Assembly (NCBI GenBank): GCA_051362555.1
Contig: CM120641.1
Coordinates: forward strand, 8,618,001-8,682,000
DNA from: Lingula anatina
Taxonomy: Eukaryota; Animalia; Brachiopoda
DNA length: 64,000 bases
Direction: 5' to 3'
A program made the translations under genes and the position numbers. Below are positions 1 through 13,364 of the stretch, in pieces. The notes beneath the pieces were generated by a model. It ran no database searches. It had not been told where the DNA came from and worked only from the letters and a program-made list of their open reading frames with translations. Each line of letters opens with the position of its first letter. Position 1 is the stretch's first letter.

Positions 1-732
1 TTGCTGTTTTTCATATTGAAGATATATGGCAATACTTACACATGAATTTCAAGAACAGCTGAACTAATCTTTGACAAATTAAAGAGTGATGAATGAATTT
101 AAATAGCTTATTCTTGTTTATTTGACATAAAATTTTTTAACAAACTGACTTTATCAAAATATACAATTCACTTTGAGTACCTGTGTTGGAACCGTTCAAA
201 ATAAACCTGTGAGATGACTTGAACTATATCATGCTGTGGCTCAAAGATTTATTTAAGATATGTATATTTTAATGTATCCCATTTAACTCTAAAGGGTGAT
301 ATAGCCATTTTCTAATTCAAGTTATGTCCTTGAGTATCATCATTAAACATAATTGAACTACTCAAAAATATTTGACAATTTTTTCAGTAAAAGTGTTATG
401 CCAATGAAAATTTTGATCTTTTCTTTTAAGAAAAATTCAAATAATAATAATATTGTATCAATCTATCTATATAAACATGGGCTTTCCTTAGGAAGATTCA
501 GGTTGCATAACTTTTTTTCACTCAATACACATAAACAATAAAAATGACAATTTGGATGGGTGTTTTTCACATGGAAATGCTGACTGGAATATTCCAGACA
601 GACAAAGTTTAGACCAGTAGAAACACTGATATATATACATAAAAATGGTAATGATTAACTGAATGTGTGTATTGTGCCTTTTTATTATTCTATTTTCCAG
701 ACAATTGAAGGAAGAATTTTTCAGTCAGTGTC

Positions 733-2753
733 ATGCCTAAAGTTAAAAGCAACTTAAAGCTTGCACAGTGCAGGAGAAGCACACAGAGCAATTTTCAAAG
801 AGGCAATACCCCTTTACAAATTGTTAACCATGTCAAAAAAGAATTCGGTCTTAGTGCAAATAAGGATAAAGCTGCTGGAATGAAGAAATACATGAGAAAT
901 AAATTTGAGTTTTATGGGCTTCAGGCAACAGAAAGAAGAACTATAGAAAGACAGGTATTTATTTTTCAGATTGGAGTAATGTGTGTTATATATGCTAAAA
1001 TTAGTGCAGTATGTGCATCAACTGTTTCTTGTTCACAAAAGTCTAAAAGCAGTTAGATTTTCAAAATAACCTTAAAATAAATAACCTGTGCTTTACATTT
1101 ATTTAATTAACCATTTAAAGGATCTTTTAAGAATGTTTCATCCCATTATTATTTGTATCATAAAATATGTACTGGTACAGATGAGAGGTTTTATAGTGGT
1201 GATATTTCTAAAAAAAAAAGGTCTATGAATGCGTCTTGAGCAATTTTTGTCCCCAACCCTGCCTCAATGACAAAGTTAAAGTATGATTTTTGTTATGTAG
1301 GTCATGAAAAATTACCCAAAACTGAATGCATCATGCCTTTGGGAGGTGATGAAGTTAGCTTGGTCACAGGATCGCAGGGAGATGCAATACTTTGCTGTAG
1401 AGTGTGCGATACACAACAAAAACATCCTCAGCACAGACAAAACAACATGTTTAGAGACTGTGGAAAACATAAAAAACTTTCTTGTCAGTGAAAAGAGTTG
1501 GTGGGACACCGTTGATAGCCTAAGTGGTGGTAGGCCATAATTTCACATTGCTAAATATAATTTACTTGAGAAATATTGATGGAAAAGTGAAATCTTACGA
1601 GCCAAGTTATTGTTCACTGAAAATATTTCTTAATATTCTATAAACCAGCCCCATTCAATTGCATCCATTTGGATAATAGACTTCATTGAAGGTAGATTTG
1701 GCAAATTATTGAATTTGTAATATCTTAGAGAAATTTTGGGATTTGAAAAAAAGGTCTTCACCTTCAAAACAGTTCATGTTATCTGTTCATTAATTTACAA
1801 CTTGACAGTGCAATACAGAATTTTTATGGAGCTTTATTTACCCAACTAAAAATGATGCACTTAATTTAGAAATCAATATTAAATTTTTGTTCAAGTTAAA
1901 AATTGTAAAAAAATTGCTGTAGCAATGAGCACTGTTCTATGAGCACTGTTCTATTTTAAATACATCAGATCTTTTCTTAAGTGAGTTTATACCTTTTTCA
2001 GTTGTAGGCTTCTTGGTAAGCAAATACCCTGCAGATCTAATACCAGTGATGGACCAATGGATTGATGATAGCGAAATGTGGCTGCGAAGATCTGCTATAT
2101 TGCATCAGTTGAAATATCGTAAAGAAACGGATGAGGATAGATTATTCAGGTTGTAAAGTTTCACGCGCATTTTGAATAGACACCTATTGAAGTGATAATA
2201 ATGTTAGTTACAGGCACAATGGGCCATGTGCATTGCCACCTCCCCCAGAACTTTAGTGATGCTCTTTTTTCCTGAGAAAATAACTATAACAATTTGCTGA
2301 GTGAAGCAAGAAATTTTATCCTTGTGCACCCCTTTCCCTCGGCAGAGCCCAGTGCCAGTGCTTTAGAAACATTTTTAATTGTCTTAACATTACCTCCTTT
2401 GACAGATTCTCCCTTCATACTGAAAATATTTCTTAAATTGGTTGTTTTTGCAGTTATCTCCAAACAAATGTTAAAAACAAATATGTCTGTGGGCTGATTT
2501 GACTCAACATGATGGTTAATCTTTATTTCGGTAATTTGTGTTTATTTCTTCTTTATTTTATCGTTTCTTTATCAATTTTTACAGGTACTGCTTACAAAGG
2601 GCTCATGAAAAAGAATTCTTCATACAGAAGGCTATGGGCTGGGCATTGAGAACTTACTTCAGCACCAACTCCAGATCCGTCAGAGCTTTCGTCAAGAAGA
2701 ATGAATGTGTTTTGCCAAAACTGACAGTAAAAGAAGCCTTAAAGCATGCCTAA
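733..2753 (+). CDS. alkD: AlkD-family (HEAT-like repeat) DNA alkylation repair glycosylase, 4 coding exons, 255 aa
   Basis: join(733..954,1301..1529,2002..2149,2585..2753) = 768 nt, all introns GT-AG with matching phases. An in-frame TGA at 706 lies upstream of the ATG, and an acceptor at 700 implies an upstream UTR exon. Motifs KAAGMKKYMRNKFEFYG, KSWWDTVD, WLRRSAILHQLKYRKETD and EFFIQKAMGWALRTY match the B. cereus AlkD pattern (KSWWDSVD, WLQRAAILFQLKYK, EFFIQKAIGWVLREY, recalled). Confidence 0.92.
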
Positions 2754-2944
2754 ATTGCATTTTTCATCATAACTGCCCTCACAGTTTTTAAACATTTAAA
2801 AATACTTATGTTACCTTTTAAGCAACTGAATTGTATATAATAACACCAAACTCTACAACTGCTTTCTGTTTGACATATTGAGATATTTTATTAGATTTTA
2901 ATTTTAATGAAAAGGCTCCTATGTCAACGATGGTGTTATTGTAA

Positions 2945-2950
2945 AATAAA
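2945..2950 (+). terminator. candidate polyadenylation signal (AATAAA) of the alkD-like gene
   Basis: AATAAA about 190 nt after the stop codon at 2753. Confidence 0.45.
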
Positions 2951-4937
2951 TATATTTTAAAATAATTATATAATAAGCCAATATTGTGAAGACTTGCATT
3001 GTTGCCAGATTTAGCTTTGTTATTAGAATTGTAATGCAGCAGTTTTATCTGGCTTCTAGCACGTAAGAAAATATAATACGGACGTTACAGACGGCGACCC
3101 ACGCTCGACTAAAACCTTGATTGGTTAGTCGACCTAAAGACCACAGAAAACGACTTAAGAATACCGTACTAGTCCACCGTTTTGAAAAAAAAAACTTTTC
3201 AAAATCAAATTTTATAAAATTGCCATTTCTACCTCATAGAAAATTTTGTTCGCTTTTTTTTTCAAAGAAAACGGTGAAAATCCAGGTAGATAAAAAAATG
3301 ACAAACCACGTGCACTTTCTTCAACGTTTTAAATGCTTATATATCAAAGAAATCGATCTGCCATTGGTCGAAAAATACTGTACAAAAGTTTTGTAATATT
3401 TCTAACAATATAAGGTAAGGTTTCGTTAGGCAACGGAAACGGAGAAAATCGATCTTCGGATCAACACAGGTCTTTATTAATACGGAAAACATGCTTTAGG
3501 TAACCGTAAAATAAATAAGCATGAATAACATGGTATAATCTGTCTGCATGCTTTCCTCATATCCTCCAACAGATTCGCAATATTTAAAGTGTGTAAAAGT
3601 TTGTCCCCACCATAAGTTGTAAAGTTTTGTGTGTTCATCCCCAATAGGCCAATATTCAGTTTTAGAAATGTACATCAAATGTGCTAGAGAAGCCACGGTT
3701 GTGACATTCTCACATCTAGACCACCAGCTAAATACGGCAAGTAAAGTTATTAAAAGATATAACATTACCGCAAATATAAATGTCCATGAAGCTAAACACG
3801 GTGTATACGTCAGAAGCTGCTATCTGCCTTTCTTTGGTGCAAACATAAAAGGAAAAAAGTCTTACAACCCATTTCCATAGATTAGATCGACCTACTTGAG
3901 ATCGACCTAACTCCCTGGGGGTTCACGCTAAATAGCTGTCAGCCGGGCGGACACGAAAGTTAATTACCCCTTTCAGCTTGTAGCAGGCGGGGAAGGACAC
4001 TTAAGGGGGATTATCTGACAGTAATCTAGTGAGACTCCCCGCGGTGATAGATCGATCTAAAGTTGTGGGAATAGACCCTTATATTACCATACACCTTCGT
4101 TAGTTGTGTTGTTTATGAAAGGAGCACGTTCTTTCACCGAAATATTGCAATCCGGCTATTAATGTGTTACACAACGTGCCTCTATCCCGTCTAAATTACA
4201 TTGGAAAATGATAATACAATAACTGGCGTATTCAATGTGTTCAGATCTGTTGACCGATGTACTGGCTTGTTAATCTTTATCCTTTTTAAGAGAAATTAAT
4301 AAAACAAACAAAAGTAACTGAAATAAATAACTACAAGCACATATAAAAAGCTCAGTGCCTATTACGTTGTGATTTGTAGTCCTCTTTCCAGACTTTCTTT
4401 TAATAATAAAGTGTGCAGGGTATTTTGTGTTACAATTTGCAGCCCACATTTTACACTGCATAACATTTTATAATAATAAGAAGAACAAAATTTATTTATT
4501 TATTTATATATAAATAGTCTAAAATCCATATAAAATTTTCAGTAGACTTTACATGGGTAAAATGAACAGAATAAGATGAATAAAGTAAATGAAAAGGTAG
4601 TTAAAATAATAAATTACTCATAAATTATTCCAGTTAAACTTTTGGTCTTCTCGTTATTTAGTGTGTATGCCTTCTCTGTCTCTCTTTATCGCCGCCACGC
4701 CCTATACACCCTCTTTTGTCTTTTTCCTTCCCGTCCCTTCCTCATTCAGGTGTAATATAGTTTATGTATACATGTACAACAACAATTTGGTTAATCTCTA
4801 AAGTGTTTGTTTGTTTTCATACATCATTACTTCACAAATTTCTCAATAAAAAATGACTAAACTGACGGATGAATAATGTCACGATTCAAGAAACAAAGCT
4901 CCAATATTTTTGAGTCACACCTCAAAAATCAACAGAC

Positions 4938-4969
4938 TGACGTCATCGGTCAAGGTCAAAGGTCAAAGG
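4938..4969 (+). promoter_or_regulatory. prominin proximal promoter: CRE followed by tandem nuclear-receptor half sites (DR0+DR1)
   Basis: TGACGTCA at 4938-4945, CGGTCA at 4947-4952 and a perfect AGGTCA-A-AGGTCA at 4953-4965, about 170-200 nt upstream of the ATG in a CpG-enriched stretch. Confidence 0.5.
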
Positions 4970-5137
4970 AACTGTGATAGGAAGTAGAAGATTAGCCGCG
5001 ACTGTTGTTAGCCGAAGTCGGCAGTTACACGACAGAGGCGTTTTTATACTTGGTATTGCTTTAAGACGCTGTAGATTGTAATTTAAACACATTTTAAGTA
5101 TTAATCAACTGCCTATAAGCTGCTGGACGGTTTAAAT

Positions 5138-8100
5138 ATGTCTCCTAGGACTAAAAACCCATGGGTTTCTGTGGGTGTAGCTCTAATGATGGCTATCAGT
5201 TTAAATTCGATGTCATATACATGGGCTCAGACAAGTACATCGAATACTACAGTATCCTCGGGTTCTGGTGAGGCTTCGTCACCAGATACTTTTCTACAAA
5301 GGCCAATAGATAAAGCAATGGATCCTCTGTATAAGATGACCAACTATTTTCTACAACTGGTTAAAGGAAACACCGGCATCACTGAGTACGTCGACGAGTT
5401 GGAAAGAAGTGGTAAGTCGATATAAAGTTTGTGTAAATCCTCACACCACCACTTGTTAGTTTGGTAGATCTCATTCCTAAAGTTTACAGTAGTGTTCACT
5501 TCACTCAGATGGAACTAGACTGGGATGAAGTGAATTGCGACGGTTTCGTGTAATTTCGATGATCATGAATTCACCTGTTGCATAAAATTAAAGAGTAGGT
5601 GTAAAGTGGTAAAAACTTGTTTCCATATTTCAAACATACCTTAGTTCTGGATTCAGTTTTAATATTATTTGGCCCATAAGACCAATAGTACATATCACCT
5701 CTAGACTCTGCATATATCTTCTTGCTAAACTTGTCACCATATGATTAGATTTATTGTTTTCAAACAAATTTGGCGAAACAGCTAGTTTATCTTTGGTATT
5801 AGCAGAAACTAATGAACATTGTCAAAATCTTCTTGTAACAAAAGCGGCTTCCCCAATGTGAGTTATGCACATATATTTAGATATATAAGTGTGTAATAGT
5901 GGATTAGTACATGTAATTATTGGTTGCATGTATTAACACATTTTATTCATATAAACACAATTAGTGTCCAAAGCCATAAGAACACTAAATGTATATATAT
6001 TGAAATGAACAAGATGCCTGCATGCAGCCTTTTGTGCATCAAACTTTGATTTGTGGCCTGAAAGTGACTACACCATTTGTGACATGTCCTTGCTTTATAA
6101 GATATTTACATAAACAGGAATTTAGCTTAATTAATATTATAGTTATAATCAGTGATTAAAATGTCTGTGGCATATATTCCTATAACCCCCATTAGTCTGA
6201 TTGGTTGTATGTAGATTTCCAAATGAAAAAAAAGAAATCCTGTGTTTGTTCAGCAGAGTTACAAAGTGACAAATGGATTTTTGAACCCAATCCTTCAAAG
6301 GTAACTAAAGTGAAGTTATTTGTTGGAACCTCTTAACTGTGGAATATTTGACTTATTTTAAGGAAAGACTTGAAACCTTTTTAGGGCTATTATATTGGCA
6401 AAAGAATGTTCTGAAGCTATTTATTGTGCAGCAAAGACACATTAACCTCTTAAAGCATGGAGCTTGGTTCTAGGTCAGAAATGTAAGAATACCAACATTC
6501 ATATTAGTTTTCGACATGTGCTTAAATGCATATTTGCTTTTATTCTTTGGATAATATGTTGTTTTACTTCATGCAAAAGAGGAATCATCAAAACATAAAC
6601 ATATCTTTCACATTTCATATTTTTGTATTATTTCTTTATTAATAAACAATTTATCAACAGTAGAAATTGTCTGTGTGCTTAGCAACTGGCTATTTATTTG
6701 CCTTACCATATTTTTATAATTATATAATATGACACACACCTTTTAACAAACTAACTAGAAGAGGTGTGATGATAAATTATAAAGCAGTTGCCCTACAAAC
6801 TATGAATCTACATACAGCATATCTGATCTTGCTTAGGATGACATCATGCATATTTCAAGGAGGCAACCATTTCAATATTTCAATAAAAGTGAAGATCTAC
6901 AACTGCTAACAGTTTGGTTTTTTGAAAGTATTATTTTATCTTAAAATCTGAATACAAATTATTGCTCAGCATGCATCAGTGTATGCATGTAGTGGTCAAA
7001 AATGTAAAGAACTGAGTCATATATCATACAATGTGATACTAACCATATCACAGTTTGCATCCGTAAAGATAAGAAAATAACGTCAGTCCCTTGTGTCATA
7101 ACTCCCAGGAAGTGATTCTCATAAAAAAGGGTAGGATTTCACTGGATTAAAATATTATCCCAACTGTAAGATCCAATTGATGGACATAACAAAAGGATCT
7201 TGTTATTTTATAAATAATTGTCCATTTTTCTCAGTCTCATCTGTCTTCAACCCATCTATGGTGGAGTGTAACATGTTGTGCTAACCGACTAATTTTGACC
7301 TCCTGGCTTGCTCCAAACATGTGTTTTTATTTCAGGAGTTGTAGTTTTAAGGTAACTCAAAAACAATTTGACTTGCCCATAATGAAAAAAAAAATCCATT
7401 TAGGAAAATAAGTCGATTTTGAAGAAACTTAAGGGTGTGCTGTACACATTTAAAGATTTCCCAAATTTATTTTATTTTTTATATAGATCTACAAATCAAG
7501 CAAAGTTACTAATTTTCCTAATAATTATCTAATATGACAGATATAATATTACATAGGTCAGTCATTTGTAATTAAAGAATTAAACTGAAAATGGAATAAA
7601 ACATGGAATACAAGTGCAGGGAGGGCGCGAGCAATGATTTGTGAGTAGTAAAAAAAGTTTCCCCTAAGAAAATTAATTTTGGCGAGTAAATCCTGTATAA
7701 AGTATCCTGTATGTAGAGGTTACGAGTATTCATATCTTGGTGTTTTGTTACCTTGTGATGCAAAAAATATATAAAACAAGTACACCACCTGGGTCTCAAA
7801 TTAAGGTAATTATATCAAAAATATGTTAGTCTGCAGAAGTTTCATGATTTTGATGAATTCAAAGTGACGCTAATTTATTACTCTGTTGAAGGAAACATAT
7901 CTGAGCATATTATGCTATGTTTTTCTGTTCTTTTTGATTTATTGCTTGTCTTGTAAATGTCACAACCAAGTGCCCTTTTGCAAAAGTCAAGTGTTTTTGA
8001 CTTGAGTATCTTAGATGTTTTATTGTTTTTGTCATTTATTTCGTATTCAATTTTAGATGCAAATTAAGGGAAATCTTTTCCCATTCAAAGTGAAGCAATT

Positions 8101-11100
8101 TTTTCATTGTTGTATGGGTACATTGCTCTGCTCCTTATCTAAAAATTCTTTATCAGAATCACACAATTGTTCCATATTGTATAAACAGTGCTTGAAAATT
8201 ATTAAAGGTGAAGATAATCAGAAGACTGTGTGAATTAAGTTCTTGCCTGAAGTAGAAATATTGCTCCCATTAGTCACAGGTTACAACCAGTGATACATGT
8301 ATCCTTCCTTCAACAGAAAGGTCCATGGTAAAAAGGGATATCAAGTTGAGGATAGTTTTAAGCTGACAAAACCATTGTTAAAAGTCCATGCATAAATTCT
8401 TGGTTAGACCTACCCCTTTTCATATATTGAATTACAGCACTGATTGGTTCAAACTGTATATTATTACAATGATACCAGATTCACAAACAAAGGAGGGTTG
8501 AGAAACTGCTGCAGCTTTCGTAGATTGGAATTCCTTACAGTATATTGTTGATACCTGTCTCCTCATTAGCTATTGTTATCTTTAACTGAACTGGGGACTA
8601 ATATAAGTTCAGTCAGCTTTATTGGGTACAATGAGAAATATAGTGCTCACAGGCATACTAGAAATAGTTTGTTAACAATTTGACTTCAGCATCTGAGATA
8701 ATCTTTGCATCGAATTTTTTTCTCCTCTGAGCCTGACTTTATCTAGTCCTATATGTGTCCTGCAAGAAAAGATATTGAAATAACAAAGCTTGGATCTGTG
8801 GACAAAGTATCCCTCAAGCACTTATTTACCATAGCTTAAACCACGGCTAGCGCGTAGAACAAAAGACTCGGCCGTGCTGTATGCGACATACAAGCACGTC
8901 ATGTACGAGTGCGTTCCACGGTCTGTTGCACTACTAGTGTAGTAGCCAATCAGAGGCCGTGGTTTAAGCCAGATACAACACTCGTCGCCGAGCTGTACGT
9001 GAAAATTACTCGTGTATTGTCTCGCCTGCGGCTCGCCAATACACTCGTAATATTTCACGTACAGCTCGGCGACTCGTATTGTATCTATCACATATTGGGG
9101 GATCCACAGGTGTGGTTTTTGTCCCTCTGTGAGTAATTGTCAAGATTGTATTGCTAACTGGGGTTAACTGCGCCCAAGGTCCCAGGCTGACCAGAGAGGA
9201 CTGATACATGAAGGATACATTAAGGAACCCCCTTATGTCCATTATATTGCTCTCACTTCACTCTACCCCCCATCACCTTTTTACTGCCCCTTCTGCCTTG
9301 CTCAATATTCATTGTAGAGCCATACCAAGAATCATACCTTGTTGAGTTTAAAATTTATTTGACATGAAATGGACAGCAAGGTAATGACTGTTTTGTATAT
9401 AATTGCATGCCTTGGTTGGTATGATTACCTTGGGCATGACAGTTATGTGTTTCTTGTAGGAACTATAATACGTCTCTGCTGTTTAGGCTTTAGAAGTGTG
9501 TAATACTTTCTTCATTTGGTTCAGTAGCTAGAGCCCTCATTTCTAAATATTTTAGACTTTTGTTATAGGGTATGTAAATAAAACACAAAACATTGAACAA
9601 AGACCAAGTAAACTAGATTTAGAACATGTAAATCGGGTTTTAATTTATTATGAACCAAGCCCATATGTTGATATGATGGTCATATAATTAGCACCGATGA
9701 AGACATTATTTTGAACAGAAAGGACTGGATTTGCCATTAAAACAAATCATTAGGTTATTAAAAAAATAAAAATCAATTTTCCCCAGCCAGATTTGGTGAC
9801 TAATTGATGAAAAAAATTTATAATGTTTTATAATTTTCTATCATAAGCATGTCTTTCAAAAACAGATCTTTTTTATGCTACCCAAAACCAAGTATGCTGC
9901 AAATGATAAAAGCATATGTGCTCACATGCTTATATATATAGTTTGTGTGTATGTGAGTTCAGATCAATATTTACAAGCATGACATGAAAGAATGAGTCAA
10001 CCTAACAGCTCTCTATGCATTTTTTTACCAATCCAAACATAGTACTGCAGTTAAAATGAGATAAAGGATTTTCCAGACGAAGAAAGAATTATAATAAGAC
10101 ATGTATTATAACTGATGCCAGTCATGGAGAACCATATAATTATTTTTTTTGTTGTGTTCACCCTGTTAAAGCCCATATAATATGGTGTGATAGGTGCATG
10201 TACACTGCTTATCTAATCTGGAGAGGCAGGACCAACTAAGTGTTAATCTATGGCTTCTCTTGCACGTTTTTTTTTATAAATAGACTTATACAGAGTTTAA
10301 TATTCAAAGATGGTGCTATATAATCTTATCATTTAGATAAATGTTATATTTGGATAGGCAATTTGAACTTCAACCGCACTTTAATGGCTTTTGCATGTTG
10401 TCCTCATTTTGCACAACATCTTTTTTGCAGTTACATCTTTGTTTAAGGAGTAGATTGAGCAGTGTAAAACTTTAAAATATTGCCTGGCTCTATTGCATGG
10501 TTATGTTTTGTTCTTTGCTAACAGTCATGCTCCATGCCAGTAACCAACACTGTTCCAGATATCATCTTTATCTTTCTTTTTCTTTTCAATAAGAATAGTT
10601 TAGTCTTTTTCTTGTTTTCAACCATATAATTAGTAGTAACATTGGATAAATGGCCATGGAATTTAAGATATTATAGGAGTTATATGTTAGTGCATATAAT
10701 AACTTAGTAACTGTAATTAAGGCTTCATTCACATGCAATGTCTATTTTCTAAATTCTATTTTCTATTCGCGGTATGTCTTATGATCACGGTCTGTGCCCT
10801 GAATATCCTGCGGTGTAATTACTGGCAGCGCGAGCCAGTTACTATAAGTTACTATAAGTAACTGGCTCGCGCTGCCAGTAATTACGCGGCGGGATATTCA
10901 GGGCACAGACCGTGATCATAAGATACCGCGAATAGAAAATAGATTTTTAGAAAATAGACATTCCATGTGAACGAAGCTTAAGACATTATCACATTTTTGG
11001 ATATATTTCCTTGTCTTTGAAATGAAAAGAATGGAAATGGCTAAAAATGGTAAGAGATATTCTTTGTACAATTTTTTAGACTTGAAAGCTTACATGTAAT

Positions 11101-13295
11101 AACATTTCCAAGTTAAAGTATTAAAGATGTACCTTTGGCAGACCTTTATCTTGGACACTAACACCTGTCAACTGTTACACCCCATGCACATGTAAATTTA
11201 CATGTAAATGGCTAACAGGCCTCATGAACAATAGCCAGAGATTTGTGATTGCAAATGCCAAATTAACAACTCGAACTGCAATCTCTTGATGCTAACATAA
11301 AAACAAGTGGTCGTGAGCATCACATAAAAGAGCATGCACAATTTAACCAGCTTTTGTCTGGGTCGATCACAGGAGTTTTTTCTTGCAGTGCACGTAGGGG
11401 TTTATTTTCTCAACCCCGAACTATTTTTCAATAGGGGAGTGATGTGTTCTCAACATGTATGGAGTGTACCAAGGGTTAGCAAAGAACATAAACGTTTCAC
11501 GGGGTGTATCACCAAGTTGGCTGTCGCTGTTTTTATGTATTTGTGCCATGAAATGAGGGTTTGAGCTGTTAATTTGATGTTAGCAATCACCAACCTAAGT
11601 TGGTTGTTTTCTCTAAAGAACTGACAATTTACAGTCTTGTATAACAGTACACATTCACCATAATCTCTCTCTCTCTTTCATATATTCCAAACAGTTTCCC
11701 ACTTGATGGGAGGAAGCTGTCTGTGGGGTGAAATTTTACTTAATACTGGTGGGCCCTATGGATGGATTTTAACACTAGACTGTGGCATACAGTGCCAGGT
11801 TTTCAACAGGTGATATAAGCAGATGGTGCATATTTATCAAAAGGAATAGAGAAAAGAATTCCCGTTGTAATGACTCTGCTTTATTGAGCCTGGTGTTACT
11901 GAACATAAGATGTGTTATACAATCATATTTCCTATTTGTGTACATTTTGTATAATATGGTTTATAGACATAATAAGGATATATTACTGGATCCAATAGTT
12001 AGATCTTAGATTAAATTAATGTGTACCTACACATTTTTATTGCATGATATAGATTGTACTCGCATTTATGAAGAAATCTGTATGAGGTTGTGGTTCACCT
12101 GCCTGCTTTCTAAAAAAAAAAGAAGTTTTTTTAGATGCCCTGGAGAGTCCCGAAAGTATTCAGATGCTTTCTCTCAGATGAATTATTACCCCTGCTGAGG
12201 GTTTTTTCCCTTCAGTGCAGAAAGGATGTTTCTTTTCAGGTGACTAGGGTTGAACAAAGAACTTTGTGACATTTGATATATAAACAAAATTCATACTACT
12301 CAGATATAAATGAAATACAGAAATTTAAATCAAAAGTTTTTTTTAAAATGGATTGAAGCTCTGCAGATGTCAACACAATTATAAATAAAGATCCCTGGTG
12401 TAAACGTGGCCCTTTTAAAAGAATATAATTATGTAAGTAGGTATAATGTCATATTCAAAGCAAGTATGGTTTTAGTTTGCATAACAGATGGTTCCTACTT
12501 TCATTCTTCTAACCTCATAATAAATTTTTGTGAGAGAAAGTTCATGAGTTGCGTTTGACATTTTGTGCAATTCAAATATAAAATTTAAGAGAATCTTTTC
12601 TTGTTCACAGAAGATTAAAATGATAGGTCATTGTTCATAAGTCTTGTATTCACTAAGAAAACAACATGAAAATAGAAATGTCATGATGTAGAGTGTGAAG
12701 ATGAAATAATAAATTCTAGGTTTTATGTCATGTCATCATGTTAAGTATAAATCTAAAGTTATCTTCTTGTATATGTATACTTGTATCTGTACATTTTTGC
12801 TGGTATATACTGGGGTGCAAGTAACAATAAATATTTGTAACCCTTGGTTAAGTCTTAATGACTCCCAAAGGCTTGCAAAGAATCCATATTTAATGTGGCT
12901 TCTCCTTTCACCTGGAAACATGATGTACTTGGAGGCAAAACCTTACTGGTTCCAGGTACTGAGATTGATTTTTTTTTTGTTGTAATATATATATAAGTAA
13001 AAAAAATGAGAAAAATGTCTGATTTTTTCTTTTTGGCTGCAAAGATTATTTGAAAGAAAAGAAAGGAATAAAATAGAATGATATGACTGCATTTCTAGTA
13101 GTTAAAAAGAGCTCAGCCATAACACTTGCTCAGATTATTTGTAGTGATAGAGGTGAGAGGAAACAGAGATGTTCTTTCTCATTTGTGTATTTGCAAACAT
13201 TGATTTCTGTCCTGTGTTTCATGTCAATTTGGCACCCTGTTAGCTGGGAAGCTGTCAGAATGCATTGCTCACACACATAAAACAAAATATTGGCT

Positions 13296-13364
<69 letters not shown>

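Noticed and set aside
733-2753. bacterial contamination as the source of the alkD-like gene
   Set aside because: Three phase-consistent spliceosomal introns, host-like AT content and contiguity with animal genes.
7429-7791. possible TTAA-type MITE
   Set aside because: The termini match poorly (GGGTGTGCTGTAC vs AGGTGGTGTAC) and there is no right-hand TSD.
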